Positions 30,153 to 39,729 of a DNA stretch of 64,000 nucleotides are shown piece by piece. How positions within the stretch are numbered: the first letter of the stretch is position 1; each line of letters opens with the position of its first letter. Position numbers and translations under genes: made by a program. Location of the stretch: IMG/VR virus record IMGVR_UViG_3300006310_000773; one strand, written 5' to 3'. Source of the DNA: a virus. The notes under the pieces were generated by a model that saw only the letters and a list, made by a program, of their open reading frames with translations, ran no database searches and had not been told where the DNA came from.

Positions 30153-30800
30153 TTATAACTTAGAAATAAAATCAGCAAACGCATTTAGCTTAGCTTCTTC
30201 TAAAGTAACGCTTGTAGCTGATAAAATACTCTGCTTATATTTATCTATTTCTGTTTCTTTAATTATGCCGTTATCCCAAACCCATTCTTTTCCTTCCATA
30301 ATTCCTTCAACGAAGGCATTGGGGGCAGAAGGGTCTGCGACAATATCACCTGCTGTTGACAGATAATAATCATTTCCTACAACGCTTCCATTCCGTGTAG
30401 GGGTCAAAGATCCCATTCCTCTAGAAGATACTCCAAGTGTAGCACCCGCTGAAATAAGTTCTCTGACAATTTTACCATTTGGTGTATTTAAAATTTTAGC
30501 TTCGCCAACAAAATCATTTTTTTCTTGATCCAACTTTGTGATCATATGAGAAACCCTATCTAAATTAACAGTAGGGCCGTCAGGATGACCTAATTCACCA
30601 AATGCTCTATTTTTATTAACATATTCTTTATTGTATCTCTTAACTTCACTTTCGAGAACAGAAAGAGGATATGTTCTTTTATTTCTATTCATCTGTTCTG
30701 CTTGCATAAAGATTCCACGAATTTTATAATTCGTTGTTCCATCTTTTCCTTCTTCAGCAACATACTCTAATGCTTCAGAAACTTCTGTAATTAATTTCAT
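30153..30800 (-). CDS. g21: Prohead protease gp21
   Basis: GELGHP, GVSSRGMGS, DIVADPSAPNA. Confidence 0.96.
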   Translation of the reverse strand: MKLITEVSEALEYVAEEGKDGTTNYKIRGIFMQAEQMNRNKRTYPLSVLESEVKRYNKEYVNKNRAFGELGHPDGPTVNLDRVSHMITKLDQEKNDFVGEAKILNTPNGKIVRELISAGATLGVSSRGMGSLTPTRNGSVVGNDYYLSTAGDIVADPSAPNAFVEGIMEGKEWVWDNGIIKETEIDKYKQSILSATSVTLEEAKLNAFADFISKL

Positions 30801-30812
30801 ATTTTTATCCCC

Positions 30813-31235
30813 TTATTTTTTCTTCCTTTTGGAAGCTCTCATAGATTTAATTCGATTCTTCCGTTTGGTTATAAGTTCTCTATACATTTTACCTCCTGCT
30901 CTTGTCCATGAAGTCATCTTAGCTTTTTGAGCTGGTGACTTTTTCAATCTCGCTACCATTCTCTCAATATTCGCCTTTTGACCAGGAGACTGTTTTTGTA
31001 ATTGTGAAGCTGATAAATCTTTTCTAACTCTTTGTTTTAAATAAGTAGTAAATTTTCTTCTAGCTTGTTTACGAAGAGCTTCCCTACCTCCTGTTGGAAT
31101 TGCTCTCATTTTATTTCTACGTAATCCCGCCATTCTTTTTGGTCTTGACCTGGCAAAATGTATTCTTTTTTTAAACCTTTGCGTCGGCGTCAATACTTCA
31201 TCTAATTCTTTTTTAAATTGTTTAAACGCCTTCAT
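30813..31235 (-). CDS. Basic prohead core protein (gp68-like position)
   Basis: Very basic; lies between g20 and g21; N-terminal MKAFKQFKKELDE capsid-targeting-like peptide. Confidence 0.6.
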   Translation of the reverse strand: MKAFKQFKKELDEVLTPTQRFKKRIHFARSRPKRMAGLRRNKMRAIPTGGREALRKQARRKFTTYLKQRVRKDLSASQLQKQSPGQKANIERMVARLKKSPAQKAKMTSWTRAGGKMYRELITKRKNRIKSMRASKRKKK

Positions 31236-31238
31236 TCA

Positions 31239-31577
31239 TTATCCAATCTCAGAATTTGGTTCATTTAATGTTTCTTTTGGTTGTCCATCAAATGGATCAA
31301 CTACTTGTATATCACCTCCAGTTGCAGGATCTGATACTTCCATTTTCGAATTAGTTTCTGGTTCTTCTACAGAACTAGTTTCTTCCGGTTCTTGAACATC
31401 AGAAACCTCTTCTGTAGGAGCATCTTTAAAAAGATTTTGTGCAATTTCTGCTTTTCTTACTTCCAATTCGTCCATAGATTTTTGACTTAAAACACTCAAA
31501 GTACCTTCTTTTGCACGACTATTGTCGCCCGTCATAATTGCTGAAACTATATCAGCAGTTGAGTAAACATTATCCAT
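31239..31577 (-). CDS. Prohead core protein (gp67-like position)
   Basis: Acidic; directly downstream of the portal gene; RKAEIAQNLF motif. Confidence 0.6.
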   Translation of the reverse strand: MDNVYSTADIVSAIMTGDNSRAKEGTLSVLSQKSMDELEVRKAEIAQNLFKDAPTEEVSDVQEPEETSSVEEPETNSKMEVSDPATGGDIQVVDPFDGQPKETLNEPNSEIG

Positions 31578-31586
31578 ATTTTCCTT

Positions 31587-33167
31587 TTAGTATCCTCTGC
31601 CGCCACCAAAACCGCCGCCTTGGTCGTCGTCGTTATTGTTATATTTAGGATCGTTCTTTTCTTGAGCCATCTGTTGATCCAATTCTGCCATCTCTTCTTC
31701 ACTTTGTCTCAAAATGTGTCTTCTTACAAATTCTGCAGAGAAATATTTTCCTGCATAATCATCTAAATCTCTAAGAAGTGTAGCTCTATTGGTTAACATT
31801 TCAGCCTCTTTTAATTCAGAAAAATGAGAGTCAGATTCAAAACTATAATGAATCCTTTCTTTCATTTTAGCCCAATCCTCTTTGGCAACTATATTTTTCA
31901 TTCTTAGTTGCTTTTCAAGTAAAGCATCAAATAAAATAGTAAATTTCTTTCTTAATCTTTCTACAAACCTGGTAAACTTTAACTCGTCTCTAGTTATCTC
32001 TGTCGCTCTACCTAAAGTAAAACTGGCATCCGTTTCTAATCTTGAAACAGGAACATTTAATGATTTATATAATTTTCTTTGAAAATATTGTATATCATCA
32101 ATTTCTCCAAGATTTTGTCCTCCCGGCAATGTTGTAATTTCTGTACCTCTACCACCTTCTCTACGAGGCAACCAGTAATCTTCCAACATTGTCATTATTT
32201 TTCTATCATCTCTAACTTCTCCAGTATCCGCATCATAAATTAATTTATTCTTATAACGCTGCATAATATCTCTAAGATACTGTTCCGCTTTCATTTTAGG
32301 TAAATTACCAACATCAATGTAAAATATTCTTCTTTCTGGTGCTCTCGATATTCTGTAAATAACTAAAGAATCCTCAATCATTCTTAACTGATTTAATGAT
32401 TTGATCGCTTTATGTAAATGAGAAATGACCATTTTTCTACCAGCATTAGTAACACCGGAACCAGCATATGCAATCATATCAGGAGCGATCTTCAGTTGCT
32501 TTTTAGAATAATCTCCAACGCCCATTTTATTAGGTTGATTAGACATTGGTTTATCCTGATACAAATAATATTCATAATATTCACCAGACATGTCTTTCTT
32601 TAATGTAGCTTCTCGTGGAACATTTTGTTCTGGTTTTTTTCTTTCTCTAACTTTTCTTATTTTAAGGGGATCAACAAATCTTAATTCTTGTAATCCTGCA
32701 GAAGCGTCAGCTGGATCAATAACACATTGATAATAAATTCTACCATCAACATACCATTTTCTAAAAATATCATAACCATTATTATTAAAATCTAAAAGTC
32801 TCATAATTTCTGCAAATTCATCTGAAATTTTGGCTTTGATTTTATCTGTAACATTTAAATTATGTAACGCAATTGAAATTGCTGGAACATCTCTTCCAGT
32901 AACTATAGCCTCATTTACAATATCATCTATAGCCATATCGACCTCTGGTTGTAAAACCATCGTTCTATATCTGCTAATGAGGTCTGCCTCATTTTTGGCA
33001 GTACCTTCCATATCAATATAAGTACCATAAGCACCACCTGCAGACATTCCATACGATGATGCTATATCAAAGGTTCCTTCAAGATCATCAGGTTTAGCAA
33101 AAGCTAATAGTTCCTTTTCTTCATCCTTTTTTCCGATCTTAAATCCAAATAAACTAAATTGTGCCAT
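31587..33167 (-). CDS. g20: Portal protein gp20
   Basis: RAPERRIFYIDVGN, EDYWLPRREGGRGTEITTLPGG. Confidence 0.97.
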   Translation of the reverse strand: MAQFSLFGFKIGKKDEEKELLAFAKPDDLEGTFDIASSYGMSAGGAYGTYIDMEGTAKNEADLISRYRTMVLQPEVDMAIDDIVNEAIVTGRDVPAISIALHNLNVTDKIKAKISDEFAEIMRLLDFNNNGYDIFRKWYVDGRIYYQCVIDPADASAGLQELRFVDPLKIRKVRERKKPEQNVPREATLKKDMSGEYYEYYLYQDKPMSNQPNKMGVGDYSKKQLKIAPDMIAYAGSGVTNAGRKMVISHLHKAIKSLNQLRMIEDSLVIYRISRAPERRIFYIDVGNLPKMKAEQYLRDIMQRYKNKLIYDADTGEVRDDRKIMTMLEDYWLPRREGGRGTEITTLPGGQNLGEIDDIQYFQRKLYKSLNVPVSRLETDASFTLGRATEITRDELKFTRFVERLRKKFTILFDALLEKQLRMKNIVAKEDWAKMKERIHYSFESDSHFSELKEAEMLTNRATLLRDLDDYAGKYFSAEFVRRHILRQSEEEMAELDQQMAQEKNDPKYNNNDDDQGGGFGGGRGY

Positions 33168-33208
33168 AATATATCCTATTGATTGTTTTATTTTTCATAT
33201 ATATTTCT

Positions 33209-33886
33209 CTAATAATCATCGTCCATTGTTAAATCAAAATCATCCAACGTTGCATTCATTTCTGCTACACCTTGATCGCGCGGAACTGTGCTACCTCTTC
33301 CAATCCAATTATCAGGGCTGATGTCGCGACTCTCAGGATTAGAACTTATATAATTGGTTGTATAATATTGATATTCAAATGTTGCTGTAAATTCTTCAAT
33401 TGCATTTGTCGTATCCCAAGAAACAGGAATATCTGTTAATGTTAATGGATATAGCCCATTAAATGTATATTTTTTTAAAGGATTTCCATTTTTTGAAAAT
33501 TGAGTCAATATAGCTGAAGATTGATAATCGAGTGGTGCATCCTCTCTTCCTGCAGTAGATTGTACTCTTGTTCTTCCAAGTTTCACGTGTCCAGAAATAT
33601 AATCAGACCATCTTTCTAATGCATTTCTCAATTTAAAATCTTCATCATTAAGAAAAGTACATGTCCATTGTGGATATGTTCTTTCCCCTGCAAATTTAAA
33701 AACTCTACCAAGATAATTTACTGTTGTGGAAGTTGATATAGATGCTGGAAGAAATGTTGTTTTAATGTTATAATTTGTTCTAGTAGAAGATGTCCAAGGC
33801 CAGACAATATCCACTTCAAATAGATTAGGTGCCGCACCACCATATTTTAGCGCTTTTGATCTAAATTCATCTACATTGAATGCCAC
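33209..33886 (-). CDS. g19: Tail tube protein gp19 paralog 3
   Basis: GGAAPNLFEV, YLGRVFKFAGERTY..WTCTFLNDEDF, IEEFTATFEY. Confidence 0.85.
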   Translation of the reverse strand: MAFNVDEFRSKALKYGGAAPNLFEVDIVWPWTSSTRTNYNIKTTFLPASISTSTTVNYLGRVFKFAGERTYPQWTCTFLNDEDFKLRNALERWSDYISGHVKLGRTRVQSTAGREDAPLDYQSSAILTQFSKNGNPLKKYTFNGLYPLTLTDIPVSWDTTNAIEEFTATFEYQYYTTNYISSNPESRDISPDNWIGRGSTVPRDQGVAEMNATLDDFDLTMDDDY

Positions 33887-33946
33887 GAGTTATCAACCTG
33901 TAAAGTGTTTAAAATTATTAACTATTTATCTGATTATAACTATTTA

Positions 33947-34516
33947 TCACGCAGCGGCTGCAATAATATCACCCACCTTTGCGGAGTTGCCAGCCTCAGA
34001 TTTTTCTAGAAAATAATCATATCTCCAAGTTACAGTAAATTCTTGAAATCCTTCTGTGCCCCAATCTAATGCAATATCACTTATATTTACTGGCCAAGCC
34101 TGTATTAATTTATAAGTTATTGTTTTTGTGCCATCTTTTTTTAATTGAGTAACGGACAAATCTCTATAATCAGAAGTAGTTTTATTAAATGGTCCATATA
34201 CAGCAGTTCTTGATCCATCAATTCCCCCCGCCATTTGTCTCATCCATGTTATTAACTTCTGTCTTATTTCACCATCATCATTTAAAAATGTCGTATTCCA
34301 TACATCATAAGTTCTAACTCCTGGGAGTTTAATTGCTCTTCCGCGATAATTTACAGGAATTACATTAATATTTGTTCCTGGTAATGATGCCGCTCGACAA
34401 TGTAACATAAAACTTGTTCCTTCGAAACTTCCACTAATCTCAAATAGCGTAGGTCTCGCTCCACCATCCGCTAAAGCGGTTTTAATATCATTAACGTTAA
34501 ATCCCGTTGCTGCCAT
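33947..34516 (-). CDS. g19: Tail tube protein gp19 paralog 2
   Basis: GGARPTLF, ASLPG, YRGRAIKLPGVRTYDVW, QEFTVTWRY. Confidence 0.85.
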   Translation of the reverse strand: MAATGFNVNDIKTALADGGARPTLFEISGSFEGTSFMLHCRAASLPGTNINVIPVNYRGRAIKLPGVRTYDVWNTTFLNDDGEIRQKLITWMRQMAGGIDGSRTAVYGPFNKTTSDYRDLSVTQLKKDGTKTITYKLIQAWPVNISDIALDWGTEGFQEFTVTWRYDYFLEKSEAGNSAKVGDIIAAAA

Positions 34517-34528
34517 TATTTCTCCTTA

Positions 34529-35164
34529 TTATGCGACTCCGCCGCCGGCTACTGTATCTATTGTTTTGACCGCATTAGTTGCTGTAGATAATGTTGGTCC
34601 AGAATAAGAATATTGCCAAGTTATAGTAAATGTTTCTATAGTATTTACTGAATCATGACTTAATTCAATTGGTGATATATTATTTGGCCATGCACCATGT
34701 AATTTCATACTATCAATTGTCTTTGTCGTATCACCAGCTAAAGAATAAGATTTAACTAATATTGTACCTAACATACTAGAATGAGGAATCTTCCATGCTC
34801 TTACATTTCCCTCTGCACTATTCATAGCTTCAATCCATCTTTCAATATTTGTTCTAACTTTCATATCTTCATCATTTAATACTGTACATGTCCAATCGCC
34901 AAATGTGGTATCTCCTGCAAAGAAAACCTGCCTCCCGTAATAAGAAACAGGAATTTCTCCATTAATATATCCTGGCATAACCGTTGCATTTACTAGAAAA
35001 TCTAATTTGTCCGTTGCACCGGTCTGCTTTGCCATTCCTGCGGCATCCACTGCGGTTGCTGGTAATGTCATTGTACATGAAAATAAATTAGATCTCGCCC
35101 CTGAGGCTTTAATTGAACTAATAAAAGTATTAATACTAAAATTATTTACTGCTTCATCCGCCAT
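34529..35164 (-). CDS. g19: Tail tube protein gp19 paralog 1
   Basis: GARSNLF, YYGRQVFFAGDTTFGDWTCTVLNDED, IETFTITWQY. Confidence 0.85.
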   Translation of the reverse strand: MADEAVNNFSINTFISSIKASGARSNLFSCTMTLPATAVDAAGMAKQTGATDKLDFLVNATVMPGYINGEIPVSYYGRQVFFAGDTTFGDWTCTVLNDEDMKVRTNIERWIEAMNSAEGNVRAWKIPHSSMLGTILVKSYSLAGDTTKTIDSMKLHGAWPNNISPIELSHDSVNTIETFTITWQYSYSGPTLSTATNAVKTIDTVAGGGVA

Positions 35165-35178
35165 GTGTTATCTCTCCT

Positions 35179-37434
35179 TTATCTTTGAACTACTTCACTA
35201 AATGATACACCAGTTCTTACAGATACAAAACTTAATTCAATAAAGTTAATTGATCTTGCCGGCTTAACATATATAGCACCTACAAATTGATTTGCATCTA
35301 TAACTGTTGGTGTATTATTAGATCCATCACATACAACCATAAAATCAGTAATTCCTCCCCTTGCTTGAATATCTCGCAAGAAAGGTTCTACAATGGAAAC
35401 AAATTGAGATCTTGTAAAATCATCATTGAATTCAAACAATGATTGTTTTGCCGCTTGAGAAATTGATTTTTCTAATGTAATAAACAATCTTCTTACATTA
35501 ATTCTATCAAATGCATTTGGTTTTGCTAATAGTGTTTTATCTCCAAACAACATTCTTCCTTCGCCTGGAAAATTCACAACAGAATTGATACCTTTATTAT
35601 AAAGAACATCTCTATCAGCTTCCGCAGGATTCCATGCCAAATCTCTAATATTCTTAATTTGACCTCTAGTATAACCTGCTGGAGAGTAAAATGAACCCAA
35701 AGTATTTTCTGTAGCAACTGCAAGCCCTGCACAATCCGGATTTAATGGAATGTATCTATAAACATCATTGGTCGTGTCCCATTGTCGTTTCCATCCTGAA
35801 TCCATAAATCCATAAGATGTACTTGGTAAACCATTTCTATAATCTAAAACATTTGATGCTTGAGTAGTTGTACCCAAAACATCTGCTCTTTCCGGTGAAC
35901 AAAATACGACCAAATCTTTTCTTGCTTCCGCGATAGTGGACATTACATAAGAAGATAATGCCGCTTCTGCGTCTCCCATAAAAATTAATGAAGCGGCTGA
36001 ATCTACTGGTTCTTTAAATACATCGTATCCCGTTTTTCGATCACCAAGTGATAATGTCTGTCCATCTAATCCACCATTAAGTGACCATGACTGTGACCAT
36101 CCAAATGCATTAAATTTAGTACCACTTACCGCGGCTGTTCCCCATGCAGAATCAGTAGTGTCATCACCATTTACTATACCACCTGTTGCTGGATGTGACA
36201 TTGCCCATACTGGAAATTCGTCTGTGTTATTAACTTTAGATTTATAATAGTCTGGAGAATTTGAAGCGACTGAAACTCCATTCCATCTTTCTATTAATGT
36301 ATCGCCCGTCGATGCTGTTGTGGATGTTCCCCAATTTCCATCTTCGTCTACAACAACAATATGAATTTCGTCTTGAGAAGCTCCTCTTGCTTCAGCCCAA
36401 ACTGAAGTTCCGGGTGCATCTCCATTGACACTAGATTCTCCTGGATTACATGCATATTCCCATTCTCTACCAAAAGCTAATGTAGATGTAATTCCTTTGT
36501 CTGTGTCTGATGCTGTAACCAATTGCAATTCAGTATTACTTGTGATTGAAGCAACTTTATGTCTGAATGGTGCTAGAGTATCACAAGTGGATACTATCAT
36601 ATCTCCCACTCTCAATTGTGTACTAAAAAATGTACCAGTTCCGGTTACTGTTTTTGTTCCACCAGTATTTACAATTGTGCCGAAAATTTGTGTTGATTTT
36701 TCTTCAAATGCTGATCTAACCAAACAGGATACTGCACTTCCAGCAGATTGTACTGTGACAGTAGCGGAACCTGGAGTTTGTACAACATACGCTGTATCAG
36801 TTCCTTGAGTATTCATTACATTATTAACTAAGTAATTTTCTCCACCAATTTCTAAAACATCACCATTTCTAACTTCTTCAAACCAAAGTGAATTAGACGT
36901 TGATGCTACTAATCCAGTTGTCGCATTGACCGCAACTGTTCCTGTGAGGGTTTTTGCTGCTTTATCGGGTCCACATGCTGAAACCTTTAAACTATTTCCT
37001 CTTACTCCCGCATATGTCGCAACCCACGGTCCATAAGTTCCCGTAGAAGATCCTCCTGTGGATGGATCATATGTGGTTTCGAATGCTTTCTTATTTTTAA
37101 TTAAAACTGTCGCTCCCTCTTGTGTCGCCGCATAAGTTGTGTTAGCAGATGAAGCGTTTTTTGCTAAAGAGTTTGCTGTTCGTGAAATTTCAAGAACTCC
37201 ACCATAGTTCATAAAATTTGATGCGCACATCCATGAAATATAATTATCTTCGTTTGGTACGAAAAATTTAGCTTTTAAATCGGCGTCTGAAGCGACTCGT
37301 CCATTTTCTGGATCTTCAATAGGTCCCCATCTAAAGAGTCCTGAAAATCCCCCTATATTTGTGGCGAGGGTTGGTACTATGGTTGTTAAATCGATTTCTC
37401 TAGTCAGAACACCAGGACTAACTGTGAAGGGCAT
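35179..37434 (-). CDS. g18: Tail sheath protein gp18
   Basis: SPGVLTREID, FSGLFRWGP, AFDRINVRRLF, IYVKPARSINFI. Confidence 0.96.
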   Translation of the reverse strand: MPFTVSPGVLTREIDLTTIVPTLATNIGGFSGLFRWGPIEDPENGRVASDADLKAKFFVPNEDNYISWMCASNFMNYGGVLEISRTANSLAKNASSANTTYAATQEGATVLIKNKKAFETTYDPSTGGSSTGTYGPWVATYAGVRGNSLKVSACGPDKAAKTLTGTVAVNATTGLVASTSNSLWFEEVRNGDVLEIGGENYLVNNVMNTQGTDTAYVVQTPGSATVTVQSAGSAVSCLVRSAFEEKSTQIFGTIVNTGGTKTVTGTGTFFSTQLRVGDMIVSTCDTLAPFRHKVASITSNTELQLVTASDTDKGITSTLAFGREWEYACNPGESSVNGDAPGTSVWAEARGASQDEIHIVVVDEDGNWGTSTTASTGDTLIERWNGVSVASNSPDYYKSKVNNTDEFPVWAMSHPATGGIVNGDDTTDSAWGTAAVSGTKFNAFGWSQSWSLNGGLDGQTLSLGDRKTGYDVFKEPVDSAASLIFMGDAEAALSSYVMSTIAEARKDLVVFCSPERADVLGTTTQASNVLDYRNGLPSTSYGFMDSGWKRQWDTTNDVYRYIPLNPDCAGLAVATENTLGSFYSPAGYTRGQIKNIRDLAWNPAEADRDVLYNKGINSVVNFPGEGRMLFGDKTLLAKPNAFDRINVRRLFITLEKSISQAAKQSLFEFNDDFTRSQFVSIVEPFLRDIQARGGITDFMVVCDGSNNTPTVIDANQFVGAIYVKPARSINFIELSFVSVRTGVSFSEVVQR

Positions 37435-37530
37435 TTTTATTCTCCTATATTTATTATATTTAGTTGACTTCTAGCGTGTTAGCTCTTACGTCTAACCTAC
37501 TTGAAACTCACCTCTAATTAACTATATTTA

Positions 37531-39165
37531 TTAAATTTCGGAATTCCAATAGAGTCCTGATTTATATTCTTTCCAAACATGATAATCATCTTCAGCCACT
37601 ACCTCAGATTTGCCATCATTAAAAAAGCCCAATGGTAATGAATCTTCATCATTCATTCTTTCTTGTTGTTCTAATAATTTTTTTCTAATATCAGAATCAG
37701 TAATTTCTTTAAAATATCTTTGATTCACTAACCATCCAAATAAAACTAAAGTCATGACCAAATCATCATGATATCCTTCCTCAGCCTGAAAACTGGGTCC
37801 TTTTTCAGCAAAAGTCATCAACTCTGAAATGATATCAAAATCCTCAATTATTAAATGATCCTTCTCAATTAATTCTTTTATAGTTGTACAACCGGTTCTT
37901 TTAACATGTTTTGATGTAATTAAACCAATTCTAGAATTTTTCTTAAATCCACCACTAACTTCTTGACCACCTTTATTTGGAGAAGTGAGAATAGTGTTCT
38001 CATATTCTAAATCATAATACAATATATCTCCTACCTGCATACCATTTCCATTAGTTTCGACTAAACACCAAGACTTATTATATTGTGTAGATATTTGTTC
38101 AATTATATTTGGAAAAATAATTGGAGATATTTCATTGTTTCTATATTTTGCAACAACTTTATATGGTATTTCTGTAACATCAATTATTGTAAATGTGGAA
38201 TAATCTTGACCAACGCCTGACGCTGTGTCTACAAGAGTACAATAAGCATGACCTTTTTGTGGTTCAACATAAACATCCAATTCTTGTTGTTTTCTAATTG
38301 GTGGCTTATAAGGCATATTTCTTAATTTGGCAGGTTCAATCAAAGTATTTGTAGACCCTAAAAATTCACACTCAAATTCTTGTCTCCATTGTCTTTCACT
38401 TGTATTTCGAATAGTTTCTTGTTTCCAAGCATCATCTCTACCTGGAACATCACTCCAATTTACAGAAAATGGAACATAAGTATTTCTCCCCTCTTCTGCA
38501 TCAATCCACATTTTATAAAATTTATTCATTCCATATGGTGTTGATACAATGAAAACTTTTGTAGTATTTCCAGAAGAAATTGTAGGATAAACAGAGTTAA
38601 AAAATTCATCCGCTAAAGATGGTGGATCTACATGAGCAAACTCATCAAGGAAAATGATATTAAAAGATGAACCCCTAACCGCTGAAGAGGATGTTGCTGC
38701 AGCGAGAATTTTACTACCATTTTCTAATTCAACATTACCTTTATTCCAAACAGTAACTCCTTGTTGTAGCCATCTCGGTAAATGTTCAAAAGACATCTGC
38801 ATTCTGCTCAAAAGTTCTCTCGCAGTATTACCTTTATTAGCGAGAATAGCAACTGCAACATTCTCATTAAAAAGAATATAATGTAAAAGATAAGATACAA
38901 TTGTTGTTGATTTACCAGATTGTCTAGGTAGTTTTGAAATTACAAATCTATTATTATGAAAAATTTCGACCATCTCTTCTTGATAATCGTATAATTTAAA
39001 AGGAACTAAGCCATGATCAACATGAACAATCTGAACATAATTTTCTATGAAATGTTTTGGGTCAGTGGCACATTTAACAAGTTCCTTTACTTGATCAGGA
39101 GAAAATTCTAATTGTACGTTTGAGTTTTTTAAATTTGGGTTACCAAGATAATGCTGTGCGCCCAT
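37531..39165 (-). CDS. g17: Terminase large subunit gp17
   Basis: PRQSGKST, IFLDEFAH, HDDLVM. Confidence 0.97.
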   Translation of the reverse strand: MGAQHYLGNPNLKNSNVQLEFSPDQVKELVKCATDPKHFIENYVQIVHVDHGLVPFKLYDYQEEMVEIFHNNRFVISKLPRQSGKSTTIVSYLLHYILFNENVAVAILANKGNTARELLSRMQMSFEHLPRWLQQGVTVWNKGNVELENGSKILAAATSSSAVRGSSFNIIFLDEFAHVDPPSLADEFFNSVYPTISSGNTTKVFIVSTPYGMNKFYKMWIDAEEGRNTYVPFSVNWSDVPGRDDAWKQETIRNTSERQWRQEFECEFLGSTNTLIEPAKLRNMPYKPPIRKQQELDVYVEPQKGHAYCTLVDTASGVGQDYSTFTIIDVTEIPYKVVAKYRNNEISPIIFPNIIEQISTQYNKSWCLVETNGNGMQVGDILYYDLEYENTILTSPNKGGQEVSGGFKKNSRIGLITSKHVKRTGCTTIKELIEKDHLIIEDFDIISELMTFAEKGPSFQAEEGYHDDLVMTLVLFGWLVNQRYFKEITDSDIRKKLLEQQERMNDEDSLPLGFFNDGKSEVVAEDDYHVWKEYKSGLYWNSEI

Positions 39166-39389
39166 TAGTCTTTTGCATAGGATTCATAATTAAGTTCTTT
39201 TTCTTTTAGAGCGATCAAACTATGAATATCATTTTTCATATCTTTTATATCCACTTGTATTGTTTTTACTCGTTCTGTTAATACAGCGATAGATGTCTCA
39301 TGAGAAATTATTCCTGATGTCATCCATATGACCAACGCTAATATCGAGGACAGAAACGCCGCTTCAACTTTTGGCCAATGATTAAACAT
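39165..39389 (-). CDS. Small membrane-anchored coiled-coil protein
   Basis: N-terminal hydrophobic helix followed by a coiled coil. Confidence 0.55.
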   Translation of the reverse strand: MFNHWPKVEAAFLSSILALVIWMTSGIISHETSIAVLTERVKTIQVDIKDMKNDIHSLIALKEKELNYESYAKD

Positions 39390-39391
39390 TA

Positions 39392-39685
39392 TTAACTATC
39401 TCTTGAGATTCCAGGAGCCGCATTGTATGCAACTGCTGTTAATGATGCTGTTCCGCCCGCCGAAGCGATTGTATCCAGTGGAGCTTTTCTCACTAACAAC
39501 GCAAAATGTGGTGGTACAGATAGTGTTCCGCTATTTCCAGAACCATTAGTTACAGAACCATCTAAAGTTAAAACTACTGCGGTGGTTGCGTGAGAGTTCG
39601 CGCACCATACCAGAGTAGCAGTACCCATAGTGGTCGCTGATACTGTTCCATCAGATTTTACACCTTTTACACTTATCGCTTCCAT
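39392..39685 (-). CDS. Hypothetical, probably virion-associated, protein
   Basis: Ala/Thr/Gly-rich; SD AAGGA; late promoter upstream. Confidence 0.55.
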   Translation of the reverse strand: MEAISVKGVKSDGTVSATTMGTATLVWCANSHATTAVVLTLDGSVTNGSGNSGTLSVPPHFALLVRKAPLDTIASAGGTASLTAVAYNAAPGISRDS

Positions 39686-39721
39686 ATTTCCTTTAAATTA
39701 ATTTCATTTTTCACTTACATA

Positions 39722-39729
39722 TATTTATA
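39722..39729 (-). promoter_or_regulatory. T4-type late promoter
   Basis: TATAAATA. Confidence 0.6.
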
